Positions 48,864 to 59,459 of a stretch of DNA of 64,000 nt are shown here, one piece after another. Position numbers and translations under genes: made by a program. Source of the DNA: a virus. The number at the start of each line of letters is the position of its first letter. The stretch's first letter is position 1. The stretch covers positions 64,001 to 128,000 of the IMG/VR virus record IMGVR_UViG_3300033485_000002, one strand, 5' to 3'. The notes beneath the pieces are model-generated. The model made no database searches. It saw only the letters and a list, made by a program, of their open reading frames with translations, and was not told the origin of the DNA.

Positions 48864-49223
48864 ATGAATGTTTATGTGTTGTTTGCGCAACGGAAAGAAC
48901 GTTTCCCTGGGCAGTACGCCCCGGAAGCCTTGGCAGTGGTGGACGAGTACGTGTTGAACGATGACGGGGTCTCTCTCGAAGAGATTCAGAAGCGCACGCT
49001 CGAACAGGACAACCCGGATGACTTCGTGTCGGTGAAGTGGGTGATGGTGAAGCTGACGGCTACTCCCGCTGATATCCGGGAGATGTTGGTCGGCATGCCG
49101 ACTATCACGGGGGATGTGCCGGTGCCCCCGGAGCACAAAGGGAACCACCCCTCCTATCAGGGGATGACCGTGACTCAGGGGCGCAAGGGCGGAAAGATCG
49201 AAGATTCCGAGATCATTGACTAG
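48864..49223 (+). CDS. Hypothetical phage protein
   Basis: AAGGA RBS; LFAQRKERFPGQYAPEAL. Confidence 0.6.
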   Translation: MNVYVLFAQRKERFPGQYAPEALAVVDEYVLNDDGVSLEEIQKRTLEQDNPDDFVSVKWVMVKLTATPADIREMLVGMPTITGDVPVPPEHKGNHPSYQGMTVTQGRKGGKIEDSEIID

Positions 49224-49538
49224 GTATCGCTATGGCACAGTATCGACGATATGGCTATGTGACGACTGTTCGGGTTGAAAGAGATGGGGAATTGGTCGAG
49301 GATGCAAACATTGCATTTGACCTCAATCCGGGCTTAGCGAACGATAAGCTTGATGCCGTCATCAACAACCGAGTGCATGCAGATGCACACAATAAAGTAC
49401 TCGAAAATAACATACTTAAGCCTAATGGCGATCTTCAAGGCCAGGAGATTCGTACCGTCTTAATTCGATGTGCGGATGGTGTGACCCTCCGGTTTTCCAT
49501 CCAGAGATGGTACGTGGTTGTCGGGAGGGAGTAACACC

Positions 49539-49934
49539 ATGGGGAGCGGGTACTATGAGAGTGCTTTGCTACGCCTCCGCCGCATCGTGACGTATCTGAA
49601 CGCGAGGTACAATGATGTTTTCGAGGGGCAAGACATCACGCCAACTCAATTCGAAATTCTCCTGTTCGTCGAATCCAATGCGCCATGCAGCGTGTCTGCC
49701 ATAGCGGAGTTCATGCTCGTGGATAAGTCTACCTCGTCGCGAGTTCTCGGGGGCATCCAGGACAAAGGGCTGGTTCAGATAGAGCGGGATACGGTGGACC
49801 GTCGCCGGAATCGAGTGAGTCTGACCCATATGGGGCAGGATGCCGTCACGAGCTTCAAAGCTGCATGGTTCGAGGTGGAAAAGGGCGTCAAGGGCCAGTA
49901 CGATAAGGCAATTGAGCATTTGGAACGTTTCTGA
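49539..49934 (+). CDS. MarR-family winged-HTH regulator
   Basis: ITPTQFEIL...SVSAIAE....DKSTSSR.L......GLV......DRRR..V.LT..G. Confidence 0.85.
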   Translation: MGSGYYESALLRLRRIVTYLNARYNDVFEGQDITPTQFEILLFVESNAPCSVSAIAEFMLVDKSTSSRVLGGIQDKGLVQIERDTVDRRRNRVSLTHMGQDAVTSFKAAWFEVEKGVKGQYDKAIEHLERF

Positions 49935-50461
49935 CCGATAGGAGGCTACTGTGTCCGTACCGATTGATGTGGTATTCGAGAAGCAGGTGGATAATCATTG
50001 GCAACCAGTTCGGAGCGCAGAGTTACGGCCAGGGGACATAGCCAGGATGCGGATGCTCAGTGGCGAGGTTCTACGGGATGACGCAGGGCGGGAGACGTTT
50101 CAAGTAGCCGGGGTGAATGGTCGGGATCCAGATTCTAAGTCACAATTCGATGTCAGTCTCGAACCAATGGTATAGGGGGCACAATGGTAGTTGATCCAAT
50201 AGAGCGTATCCGGGAGCTGTATGGGGACGAAATAGCTGAACGGATGCAGGTGTTCGCTGAGCGTGCTGAAAAAGAGAAGGCTGTAAAAGGTGCCTCGTTC
50301 TCGATTGACCCTCGCCCCATCTTTGTAATCATGACAACAACGGCTCTTTTGTGGGGTAAAGATCCTCGGCAAATACTTACCGCTGAAGTGTACGGTAAGG
50401 TGATGGACCTCATGAATATGTTCTTCAAAGATAAGTAACCACTCCCAAGATGGGATTTAGG

Positions 50462-50492
50462 GCCGAGTCTTTTGACTCGGCTTCTTTATTTT
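50462..50492 (+). terminator. Intrinsic terminator
   Basis: GCCGAGTC-tttt-GACTCGGC-TTCTTTATTTT. Confidence 0.7.
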
Positions 50493-50512
50493 GCGATGGG
50501 AGGCGGCTTTAG

Positions 50513-51961
50513 ATGTCTCTGACCAAAGATGAGCTGCTTGCTTATGTTAGGAATCGTCAGCGGCCAGGGCATCGAGCCGCCGTGTTGAAGAAATATCAGT
50601 CAATGGCACTTTCACCTGCGATGTTGGAACGGGGGAAGAAAGCTAAAGAAGTGGCTGATAAACTTCGTGATAACGTTTTAGTCCGTGCTGCTGTGAAGAA
50701 AACATTTGAAACTGGAGAAGAAGATATGCCCATGAATAGGCTAGATGAGCTACATTTCGATTTAACTAAAACGCGCCAAAGAGAACGGTTAGTTCGTGGC
50801 TCAAGTGATGCTCAAGATGCCTATAAGCGGCGTTATAAGGTAGCCCGAGTCGGACAGGCTGCAACACGACTTGCTGCTCATACGGGAGTAGGATTAGCGG
50901 TTGGGGGTACTGTTGGTGGCCCAATTGGGGCAACTATTGGCGGCGGGCTTGGGTTAGCGTCGGGACTTCATTCAATTAAGTACCCGAGTATGCATCTGAT
51001 GAAACTGCGGCATAAGTATGCGTTGAAGAAGGGGCTTCGGGATGTGAAAAAGAGTGAGAGGCTCCAGCGATGGGGTGAGCGTCGAATGGAAAAGTTTCGG
51101 CGGCAGGGAGAGCGGCAGCAGGCTATTCAGAATTATAAGCGAGAATTTCGTGAGGGGTTGTATGAAGCTCCGATTGTGACTGGACCTGCTGCTGCGGCAA
51201 TTTCTGCTCTTGAGCGGAGTGTTGCTAAGAAAGGCGCTGCCTCGGCTGTTCAGAAAGTTGGTAGACTTGCTGCGGCTAAGAATAAGTTTTTAGCCTCGAA
51301 GTTTGGGCAGTCAAAGTACGTACAGTCGAGTCTTCCGCGTCTTAAGAAGACAGGTGAGTTTTTCGGTGATGTTCGGCATATGCCTAAAACCGCTCGGGAT
51401 CTTGTGTTTGCCCCGAAAGGACCGAAGGGGTTTCGTAGTGGTCTTGCAAAGCGGTTAGGAAGACAGGCGCTGGCCGGTGAGGTGATGCTGACTGGTGGAG
51501 TTATGGCCCATCATAAGATTAAAAAGATGGCCGATCAACATTACGCTCATAAGGCGTATCAGCAGCAAGCAGAGTCTGATGAGTTGTTTAACGCAATTGT
51601 GCCAGGGTTAGATCTGCAAGAATTAGCTATGCGCCGAGACTTGATCAATGAGGCTTGGGGTGCAGCTATCGGTGGTGCTGTTAAGTCTGCTGGTAGTTGG
51701 CTTGGTAGGTCAACGGGTGTGTTTACTGGTGCTGCAAATGTTGTAAGATCAGGTGGTATTAAGGACGTTATGAGAGCACGTGGTATGGCAAAAATTAACC
51801 ACCCGATAGCTGGCCGAGTAAGACAAATTGGTTTAAATAAGATGGCTCCTGGTTTGGCACAGATTAAAGGTGGTTTGGCTCCTGCGGCTACGATAGCTGG
51901 AGCTGCGGGGGCTTATAAACTTGGTCAGCGATCTGGTCGTCGATCGCAGCAAAACTACTGA
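50513..51961 (+). CDS. Basic Gly/Ala-rich protein, putative head-internal protein
   Basis: Gly-zipper hairpin GLAVGGTVGGPIGATIGGGLG; L.E-type junctions (GLYEA, DLINEA). Confidence 0.6.
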   Translation: MSLTKDELLAYVRNRQRPGHRAAVLKKYQSMALSPAMLERGKKAKEVADKLRDNVLVRAAVKKTFETGEEDMPMNRLDELHFDLTKTRQRERLVRGSSDAQDAYKRRYKVARVGQAATRLAAHTGVGLAVGGTVGGPIGATIGGGLGLASGLHSIKYPSMHLMKLRHKYALKKGLRDVKKSERLQRWGERRMEKFRRQGERQQAIQNYKREFREGLYEAPIVTGPAAAAISALERSVAKKGAASAVQKVGRLAAAKNKFLASKFGQSKYVQSSLPRLKKTGEFFGDVRHMPKTARDLVFAPKGPKGFRSGLAKRLGRQALAGEVMLTGGVMAHHKIKKMADQHYAHKAYQQQAESDELFNAIVPGLDLQELAMRRDLINEAWGAAIGGAVKSAGSWLGRSTGVFTGAANVVRSGGIKDVMRARGMAKINHPIAGRVRQIGLNKMAPGLAQIKGGLAPAATIAGAAGAYKLGQRSGRRSQQNY

Positions 51962-51990
51962 AACTAAAGAGATAAGGAGTGAGGTGAACT

Positions 51991-52401
51991 ATGACTCATG
52001 AGGAAATGCGGCAGGAACTGATCGAGGCGATTATTGACGAGGCCCTCAAGGACAAGGCCAAGGCAGCGGCTGGTTGGGTTGGCAGTAAGGCTAAGGCTGG
52101 CGCAAAGGGTGTTGGCCGTGGGGCTAAGTGGGTTAGTCGTAAGACTGGCGCAACTGCTGCCGGTAAGTGGCTTGGTAGCTCCAAGGAAGCGTGGAAGGGA
52201 GCAAAGGGCCTGCGGCGAGCGCGTAAGATGGCGAAGCTTGGTCACCCGGTAGCAGGGGAAGTCCGAGCGGCTGCGATTAAGGCGCTGCGGAAGGGTGCTC
52301 CTCCTGCGGCTGTAGCATCGATGCTTGGTGCCGGTGCTGTTGCTGGTGGGTATGCTGGTGGCAAGAGCCTGCTCCGTCGTCGGCGCGAGGGTAAGTCCTA
52401 G
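51991..52401 (+). CDS. Basic Ala/Gly/Lys-rich protein with acidic N-terminal leader
   Basis: MTHEEMRQELIEAIIDEA leader followed by a K/R/A/G-rich body. Confidence 0.65.
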   Translation: MTHEEMRQELIEAIIDEALKDKAKAAAGWVGSKAKAGAKGVGRGAKWVSRKTGATAAGKWLGSSKEAWKGAKGLRRARKMAKLGHPVAGEVRAAAIKALRKGAPPAAVASMLGAGAVAGGYAGGKSLLRRRREGKS

Positions 52402-52405
52402 TCAC

Positions 52406-53116
52406 ATGGCTTTCTCGTCTTCCACTACCCCAGAGGCGACGTGGAAGCGCATGAAGCGTCACATCGCCAAAAGTGCTCGTCGTCTCGGTAAACGGGGCGA
52501 CGAGTACCGGCGTTATGTCTACGGCGCGTTGAGAGCCAGGGGTTGGAAGCCGAAGCGGGAACGAGTGCATGAGAATGAGCATGCTCGGGTACGTCAAGAT
52601 ATTGACACCGATTATGCTCATCATGCATTGAGGGGTAGCCGGAATCGGGACTTCAAGCACATTGAAAATAGGCGGCGAGGTGTGGTGAAGTTCTCGGTAG
52701 CTACAGAGGGACTTTTAGCTCGGGCTGACCATTGGTTGAACGAAGTGTACGGTGTAGATATTGTTCCTACTTTCCCTCCTGAACCATTAGCGGGGAAGCT
52801 TGCTAAAAACCTTACAAAAAAAGTGCATAAAGAGTTACAGCGTGAAGCTTTTTCTCCTACGCGAAATGTAAAGCGAGCTTTGAGATATCGCCGTAAGGCC
52901 CTGAAAATTAGAAAAACAAATGCCCCTAGAGCAGAAACAATGTTACGTCGAGCGAACGCGGTGTTAAAAAACCGGGTGCCAACATTGGCTGTTACAGGAG
53001 CTGGTTGGGTAGCGGGGCCAGGGTTTGGCACAGGGGAAGTTATGGCCGCGAGTGCTGCAAAAGGAATGAATCGCTACACACGAATGAGACGTGCTCGTTT
53101 TATGAGACGTAAGTAG
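52406..53116 (+). CDS. Basic modular protein
   Basis: EGLLARADHWLNE linker like those in 42077-43945. Confidence 0.55.
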   Translation: MAFSSSTTPEATWKRMKRHIAKSARRLGKRGDEYRRYVYGALRARGWKPKRERVHENEHARVRQDIDTDYAHHALRGSRNRDFKHIENRRRGVVKFSVATEGLLARADHWLNEVYGVDIVPTFPPEPLAGKLAKNLTKKVHKELQREAFSPTRNVKRALRYRRKALKIRKTNAPRAETMLRRANAVLKNRVPTLAVTGAGWVAGPGFGTGEVMAASAAKGMNRYTRMRRARFMRRK

Positions 53117-53125
53117 GAGGGTATA

Positions 53126-53788
53126 ATGCCCGAGCTGAGTTTACCTGCGCCGAGTCTTGTTGTTGGGCGAGATCACTACATGAGCCGTGCGAAAGCATGG
53201 ACTAGCATTCTGAGCGCTCAGTTGACGGTAACGGTTCAAGCCGCAACGCTGCGTTCCTTACTAGAGAGCGTTACGGTTAGCCTTACCGATCAGGCGACTG
53301 GGTGCTACCCGGTTCCGAATAGCTCGGTTAAGAGCTTTTCGGGGACTATCGTTCTGCCAAAGGCGTATACTCAGATTCTTGATGATACCTCTGTGACGTT
53401 CACAGCGACAGTGGGTACAAACCCGGTATCAATCACGGATGACGGGGATGGTGCCCTTACTGGGACGAATGTGACCGGTACGATTGACTATGCGACCGGT
53501 GCGTGGACGTTGGTGTGGTCAACTGGGGCACCGGATACTGGTTCAACCATTACGGTGGACTACACCTACTACTATGTGTTTGGGGCAGAGGATATCCAAG
53601 GAGTTTGGTTATACCCGGCTGGTGACCTTCGAGCCACGTTTGACGGGGTGACGGCACCGACTGCGGGCACAGGTATTGTGCTCAAGGGTGAAGAGGGGCT
53701 TTTCCTGGCGGCACAGCCCGGTCTTATCGGGCAGATGCAGCTTATCGCTGGGGGTAGTGTTCTCCTTGACGTGGAAGTGCTGATGTAA
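53126..53788 (+). CDS. Virion structural protein (beta-rich)
   Basis: TDDGDG.L.G....GTIDYATG motif typical of phage structural proteins. Confidence 0.6.
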   Translation: MPELSLPAPSLVVGRDHYMSRAKAWTSILSAQLTVTVQAATLRSLLESVTVSLTDQATGCYPVPNSSVKSFSGTIVLPKAYTQILDDTSVTFTATVGTNPVSITDDGDGALTGTNVTGTIDYATGAWTLVWSTGAPDTGSTITVDYTYYYVFGAEDIQGVWLYPAGDLRATFDGVTAPTAGTGIVLKGEEGLFLAAQPGLIGQMQLIAGGSVLLDVEVLM

Positions 53789-55476
53789 TGTGGAGACAGG
53801 ACGAGCTTTATCTGCCTCCTTATCCTGGCGCGGGTGAAACCGGTTTAGCTCCGGCATTCCGACAAGCTGGTTTCTTTGGTGGGGAAGATCTCCCATACGA
53901 GGAAGCGTCGTGGAGTCCGACTACCGTGACTCGCCTCGTGGATGGGAATACCGCAAGTGGGTATATCTGGGATCCAAACTCAAGGCATCAGGGCGGGTAT
54001 CTTGCTCCGAGGATGTGGCGTACGTTCCAATGGTGGATGTTTGTACGCACCAATTGGAACTCTACTCCTGGTTTGCGTTACGTTTATGAACCTTCTAGCA
54101 CAAGTGGAGCGCTGTACATTCAGTACAACGCGAATACTGGAACTGGTGCTGGGACATGGCGCATTGGACGTGTTATTACCATTGCGAGCGGATATGTCGA
54201 GTTCACCCATCTTATTACCCGAGGTGAATGGCACCATATTACCGTTGTTTACGATGATAGCGAGCTTCGCTTCTACGTCGATGGCGAATTGGAGTATACC
54301 AACACGTCACGTCGATGGTTTGCGGAGAACCACGAAGGTAATACGACGCTCGGTAATCAGACGACGGTAGCGGTCCAGGGGCATTCTGCCGGTGGTATCC
54401 AACCTGCGTTTACGCATGGGGGAGTGTTCAGAGCCTTTAGCCAAGCCATGGAAGATGCTGAAGTTGCCTCTACTTGGAACAAGGTTTTGTGGCCCGGTTA
54501 TCCTGGGATGACGTATCAGATTGTCGGTCTCGACAATATTGATAGTAGAAACTCAACTTATCAGGATAACTATTGCTGGAATTCGCGCTACGAAGCAGTA
54601 GCTGTCAGTGAGGCGTTGTTCAACCAGACTCCGCCAGTGGCGTTTCCTGAGATATTACATCAGACCGTGTCTAACGTTTCGATTCCTGAAACAGTCCATA
54701 ATATCAATATCAACACATGGACGACTGGGAATGTCAGTGCATGGCCCGAGAATACGCTGAAGACATTTCCTGGTGTTACAACTGATGCGGTTTTTGGCGC
54801 TGTCGTAGACCCAGGTGGGGGTAACCCGAAGTATATGTCGGTTAAACCGGTGGCATCTGGGTTTAAAGCGATGTATTGCTATATTGACCCAGCCGGTGTT
54901 GAGGAGTGGAATACCCAACATGTTGCCAAGGGCGGGTTGTCCATTATTGTTCTTACAAAGGACTTCTACCAGAGTAACAACAGACTTTACTTGTCTTTCG
55001 GTAAGCGACCTGGGTATGTAGACTTCGGTCATTTTGCTTGGAAAATGTCTGATACCTACACTCTTTACGGACTGGATGCCACTGGTTCCCCGGCAGACTC
55101 ATTGGCGACTGCTACTCCAGGTACCGGGGTTACGCGAAATTGGTACTTCCATGAGTTACAGTGGGTTCCAAGTGTACGAAGAAGGGATGGCTGTAGCACA
55201 GGAACGCTGCGTGCCCGTTGGTGGGCAGAGGCAACCGGTATTGATAATCCTCCTGGTTCATGGAATCTGAGTGTCGATGTTTCGGCTAACTCTACGCATA
55301 AAAGGTATCTCGTCGGTGGTGTTGGCAAAGAGTTCTTGAACGCTAATTATCTGGAATATTCAGGATACGAACAAGTGATTCAGCCAAACTTCTTGTTGGA
55401 TTTCCAGTTGAATAATGGCGAGACCGGGTACATTAAGTATATTCGGGTCAAAGAGCTTGCGTACACTGCTTCGTAA
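53788..55476 (+). CDS. LamG/ConA-like domain protein, probable tail/receptor-binding protein
   Basis: GEWHHITVVYD...LRFYVDG motif. Confidence 0.7.
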   Translation: MWRQDELYLPPYPGAGETGLAPAFRQAGFFGGEDLPYEEASWSPTTVTRLVDGNTASGYIWDPNSRHQGGYLAPRMWRTFQWWMFVRTNWNSTPGLRYVYEPSSTSGALYIQYNANTGTGAGTWRIGRVITIASGYVEFTHLITRGEWHHITVVYDDSELRFYVDGELEYTNTSRRWFAENHEGNTTLGNQTTVAVQGHSAGGIQPAFTHGGVFRAFSQAMEDAEVASTWNKVLWPGYPGMTYQIVGLDNIDSRNSTYQDNYCWNSRYEAVAVSEALFNQTPPVAFPEILHQTVSNVSIPETVHNININTWTTGNVSAWPENTLKTFPGVTTDAVFGAVVDPGGGNPKYMSVKPVASGFKAMYCYIDPAGVEEWNTQHVAKGGLSIIVLTKDFYQSNNRLYLSFGKRPGYVDFGHFAWKMSDTYTLYGLDATGSPADSLATATPGTGVTRNWYFHELQWVPSVRRRDGCSTGTLRARWWAEATGIDNPPGSWNLSVDVSANSTHKRYLVGGVGKEFLNANYLEYSGYEQVIQPNFLLDFQLNNGETGYIKYIRVKELAYTAS

Positions 55477-55479
55477 CCC

Positions 55480-55508
55480 TTGACAAATTCAAAGTCAGTC
55501 TATATATT
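55480..55508 (+). promoter_or_regulatory. Sigma70-like promoter
   Basis: TTGACA-17 nt-TATATT. Confidence 0.6.
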
Positions 55509-55593
55509 GTTTTTATGCGACTCGTTCTAGATGACGTGCAAGTTCACGTTACGGTCATTGACAAAAGTACTGTTATCACGTATCCTTTCTCTG

Positions 55594-56214
55594 ATGAGTA
55601 CACGTCTTTTTTGTCGCTTCCTCATCCTCGTAATTTTGCTCGTAACCTCTCCCGTGTTCGGGCAGTTCTGGGAGGTCACGCCGACACCAACGACACCCAT
55701 ATGGTGGCAGACCCCTACTGCTACCAAAACCCCCACCCCACGGCTCACCAATACTCCCACCCGTCCGCCTTCCACAACTCCCCCGACTCGGACACCAACG
55801 AGAACGCCAACGAGAACGCCAACGAGAACACCTACAAGAACGTCAATAATGACGCCCACAATAACTCCGACACCAACAATAACTCCGACACCAACCCCGT
55901 ATCCATGCAACTCCGAAGTAACTTTCAATGCTGCACCCGAAGGTACCGTACACGTCATGGAGTGGTACAAAGCAACCGGGAGCGCACCGTATCCTACTGC
56001 CCCTAGTGGATACGGTTTTGCGTTCCCGGTTGTCCTAGATCGACATCGGGTACGGGTTCAATATATTGGACGTTACCAACATGAAATAGCCCCCGGAGTC
56101 CTGTACACAGATGAACAGGACTTCGTGCTTTTCACAAAATGCCCAGTAGGCTTTATTTTTGGAGATGGTTTCGAGTCTGGTACAACGTCTGCGTGGTCTA
56201 CGACTAACCCGTAA
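55594..56214 (+). CDS. Secreted Pro/Thr-repeat protein with C-terminal IFGDGFESG motif
   Basis: Signal-peptide-like N-terminus, (TPTR)n tandem repeats, IFGDGFESGTTSAWS. Confidence 0.65.
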   Translation: MSTRLFCRFLILVILLVTSPVFGQFWEVTPTPTTPIWWQTPTATKTPTPRLTNTPTRPPSTTPPTRTPTRTPTRTPTRTPTRTSIMTPTITPTPTITPTPTPYPCNSEVTFNAAPEGTVHVMEWYKATGSAPYPTAPSGYGFAFPVVLDRHRVRVQYIGRYQHEIAPGVLYTDEQDFVLFTKCPVGFIFGDGFESGTTSAWSTTNP

Positions 56215-56232
56215 CCCAAGGAGGATGGCACT

Positions 56233-56862
56233 ATGGTAAATCTGGAAAGGGAAATCGCTTTAATGCAAGTTGGTGCGACGTTCCTGGAGATGCTTCAGGA
56301 GCGGCTGGATGGCCGTACTTCAATCGGTGCCTCGACGTGGTTCGAGGATATGGCCTGGGGTATCCGGCTGTTCGTGGAGCAGAAGCTCCCCTTCTTTGGT
56401 GGCGGGAATGCGGCAAGCTGGCTGACTGTGGCGGAGCAGTTCGAGCTGCGTGCCGAGTTCTACAAGACCAAGATGAACTTGCTTGTTCCGGTGGAGGAAG
56501 ATGACGAGGCGTCTGCGATTATCGTAGCCCTCAATAACATCGAGCGTTTCAAGCGTCTTGTCGAGTTCATGATCGGCCTGACTCAGACGGAGGCGTCTGA
56601 CCTCAGTGGTCTGTTGCCGTCTGGGGAGAAGGGGATCACTGTGGGCGAGGCGGTGAAGCTTTCGCGGCAGTTCACGGCGAAGTTCTGGAACTACTCGTAT
56701 AACATGAGCAGCAAGAACCCCAATAAGCCGTGGCTGAAGGCGGTGGTGGACGATCTGATGACCGCGCAACAGACGCTTGGTGAGCCGATGCATGCTGGTG
56801 ATCTGGGTGGGCCTGGGACGGGTGGTACTGGTCCGTTCCCCTGGTCGATGCCAGGGCAGTAG
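56233..56862 (+). CDS. Hypothetical protein
   Basis: GGAGG RBS, 209 aa. Confidence 0.65.
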   Translation: MVNLEREIALMQVGATFLEMLQERLDGRTSIGASTWFEDMAWGIRLFVEQKLPFFGGGNAASWLTVAEQFELRAEFYKTKMNLLVPVEEDDEASAIIVALNNIERFKRLVEFMIGLTQTEASDLSGLLPSGEKGITVGEAVKLSRQFTAKFWNYSYNMSSKNPNKPWLKAVVDDLMTAQQTLGEPMHAGDLGGPGTGGTGPFPWSMPGQ

Positions 56863-57458
56863 GGTTGGATAGAAGCCCCTTCCATGGGGATTTTGTCGGG
56901 CGGGGGCGGGGAGAAATCCCGCCCCTTTTTTGATATACTAGTGAAGACGGGGGCACTGTCATGGAAATCACCCCACAAGTAGCCATCGAACAGTATACGG
57001 ACGCGCTGAAACGTACCGGGGAAAACCCTGATGGGTACCAGTTTCGGTGTGAGTATGGACGGGTTTGTATTGGTGTCCCTAGCCCGCAACTTCCAGGTGG
57101 AGTGCAGTGGGGGATGGACTGGCATACGCCCGAGACTTTGGCTAAAATGGCCAAGATGCGGGTGCTTTTGCACAACTCCCCGGAGTTTGACATCAGAACA
57201 CGGTGATGTTATCTTTAGTTTCGAAAGGAGGAGATGTGAACACGCGACAGCCGACATCCAAGTTAGAGAAGTTTTATGAGGGGCTGAGGATCATCAAGCA
57301 GCACCAGCCTGCTGCTTCCTTGGCTGCTGCGGAGGGTAAACTCTTCGTAGGGAACACGGAAGACGTGCATATTTCTCCGGGAGCGCGTGAGTATCTCAAG
57401 GGGCTGGGGTTTACTGAGGATAAAGATCGGATGATGTTCGTGTTTTCCACACAGAAAA

Positions 57459-57848
57459 ATGAGCGATAAGTATCGTGACCTGAAGCGCTTGGCGCAACAG
57501 AAGCACTTCCGCTTGCGGGCACAGGAGCGGCTAGGATATGCACTGCGAGAGGAAGAGATCGCGGAGTTGCTTCGAAAGATCCAAGCTGGGGAAGCGGAGC
57601 TGATAACTCGTCCTTCAGCACGGTTGGTGCTTTGGCGAGTACTGGTGAATGGACGTTCAATGGTTGCTGTCTATGACCTGGAAACGGATGAACTGGTCAC
57701 GCTCATGGGTGAGACGATCTGGCAGAATCAGGAGATGAGCAAGTCCCCCCATGTGCGGGATGACGGTGTTCTTCGTTCTACTTTAGCGGAAACGCAGGCA
57801 GGAAGAGTGCTTGCGGAACTGTTGGAGAAGAAAAATGGGAACAGGTGA
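57459..57848 (+). CDS. Possible RelE/BrnT-like fold protein
   Basis: KHFRLRAQER....VAVYD.....LVT pattern. Confidence 0.4.
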   Translation: MSDKYRDLKRLAQQKHFRLRAQERLGYALREEEIAELLRKIQAGEAELITRPSARLVLWRVLVNGRSMVAVYDLETDELVTLMGETIWQNQEMSKSPHVRDDGVLRSTLAETQAGRVLAELLEKKNGNR

Positions 57849-58059
57849 TTTGGATGAAGAGGAGAGGCGCTACTGGGGTACGGGAGACTTTGAGCCGACT
57901 GTTTACAATACGGATATTGTGGACAGATCAATAGCGTATTTGCAGCAAGAGTATAAGCGCCCTTATTTGCGCCCAGAGCGAGATCTCGGGCTTGATGAGT
58001 CTTTAGTGGTAAACCTAAAAATGGTTGCGGACACAATGTTTTAGGAGAAGGAGAGCGGT

Positions 58060-58560
58060 ATGAAGAGTTCTAGAGAGCTGAAGGACATGATTCTGCGCCG
58101 GATGGAGGAGCGTCAACAGGAACAGGAGCGGGAGGAGCTTGTAGAGCCTTCCTTCGCGGAAGATGAAGTGAAGATCCCGGAGTTAGATGAATTGGACGCA
58201 GAGGAACTGGTTTGGCAGGAAGAAGAGGACGATATTAACCACACCTTGATTGCGATCGAGGAAGAGGGTTTCGCTAGCTATGTAACGGGTAAACAGAGCG
58301 AGGAAAACCCGTACATGGCGGAAAACGAGATCCTGGCTGAAGCCTGGAATGAGGGCTGGATTAGCGCCCATGTGCAGACCTGCACTACGAACATTCTGTT
58401 GACAGCCAAGCGACTGGTGGAAGCAGAAACCCCCGAGGTTGCAGAGCAGGAAATGGCCAATCTCGAAGAGGCGGTTAATCTTGCTAAGGAAGCCCTCGAT
58501 TTCGAAGAGGCCGAGATGTTTTGGAAGGCTGTCCTCGAAGGTGGAGAGACTTCAGAGTGA
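58060..58560 (+). CDS. Acidic protein with Rmf/CrpP-like motif
   Basis: EEGFASYVTGKQSEENPY......AWNEGW. Confidence 0.55.
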   Translation: MKSSRELKDMILRRMEERQQEQEREELVEPSFAEDEVKIPELDELDAEELVWQEEEDDINHTLIAIEEEGFASYVTGKQSEENPYMAENEILAEAWNEGWISAHVQTCTTNILLTAKRLVEAETPEVAEQEMANLEEAVNLAKEALDFEEAEMFWKAVLEGGETSE

Positions 58561-58938
58561 CCAAGTGGAGCCGTTCTGTTGGTCTGAGCATCGTTCTGGC
58601 GATTTGCGCTGCATTTGCGTGGGCTGGAACCCCGCAAAGCCGCATGTATACCGTGACTTCAAAGAGTTCGGTCACGATCCCGGAACAGTATCGCCAGCCA
58701 ACCCCCCTGTGGGATATTCACGTCGGTAGCTGGTTGAATGAGGCCCGTCACCAAACTGGAGACTTGTATCTACACCGAATCGAGAAACTCGGATGGAAAT
58801 ACAAGATAAAGGATGATAGGGGCCGGATTTTCACATTGTACGCGGGACGAGACTGGAATCTCAGTCCCGGTACGATTTTGATTATCAGTGGTGAACCAGA
58901 CCGTACCGGTGTGTTTATTCCACAGGGGGAACGGTATT

Positions 58939-59379
58939 ATGCCAAATAAGTTTACTCCCCAAGAGTTACTCCAGCGTGCGCTCGTATTGCTTGGGGAAGA
59001 TTATGATGCAGAGAATGATTCGTTTTTCGTTGTGATTACGAAAGACGGCAAGCTTCCAGAGGCGCTGGTGGGTGACCAGCAGATTATCGGGGAACTGAAT
59101 CTCAAGACCGTTATTGCTTTCATCAACGAAGCTATCACTCAACTGTGTGCGACATTCGGAAGGCACCCTTACACTTTTATCGTGCGGCATATCCTCAGCC
59201 ATTTCATCGACCAAGAGCGGGTAGTACTCAACGAAGTACTAATGTCCCGAGCCACGCTGGGTGACATGTCCCCAGGCGAGGTGCTTGCCTTGCAAGCTCT
59301 AGAAGATGAGGGTGAGGATGTAGATACCGGCGCTAGAGCCTTTATCGTTAACCCGGCTATGGACGAGGTGAACAACTAG
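58939..59379 (+). CDS. Hypothetical protein
   Basis: Packed ORF. Confidence 0.55.
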   Translation: MPNKFTPQELLQRALVLLGEDYDAENDSFFVVITKDGKLPEALVGDQQIIGELNLKTVIAFINEAITQLCATFGRHPYTFIVRHILSHFIDQERVVLNEVLMSRATLGDMSPGEVLALQALEDEGEDVDTGARAFIVNPAMDEVNN

Positions 59380-59459
59380 TCGTAGTCAGCGTAGGACGAT
59401 CCTGGCGTTATCCCTCGGGTTTGCTCCCCCCGAGTAGGTAGCTCCCGCACTTCTATCTA

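Noticed and set aside
55515-56006. Alternative-frame ORF with NENA repeats
   Set aside because: Same 12-bp tandem repeat read in another frame; the TPTR frame has a signal peptide and a recognisable C-terminal motif
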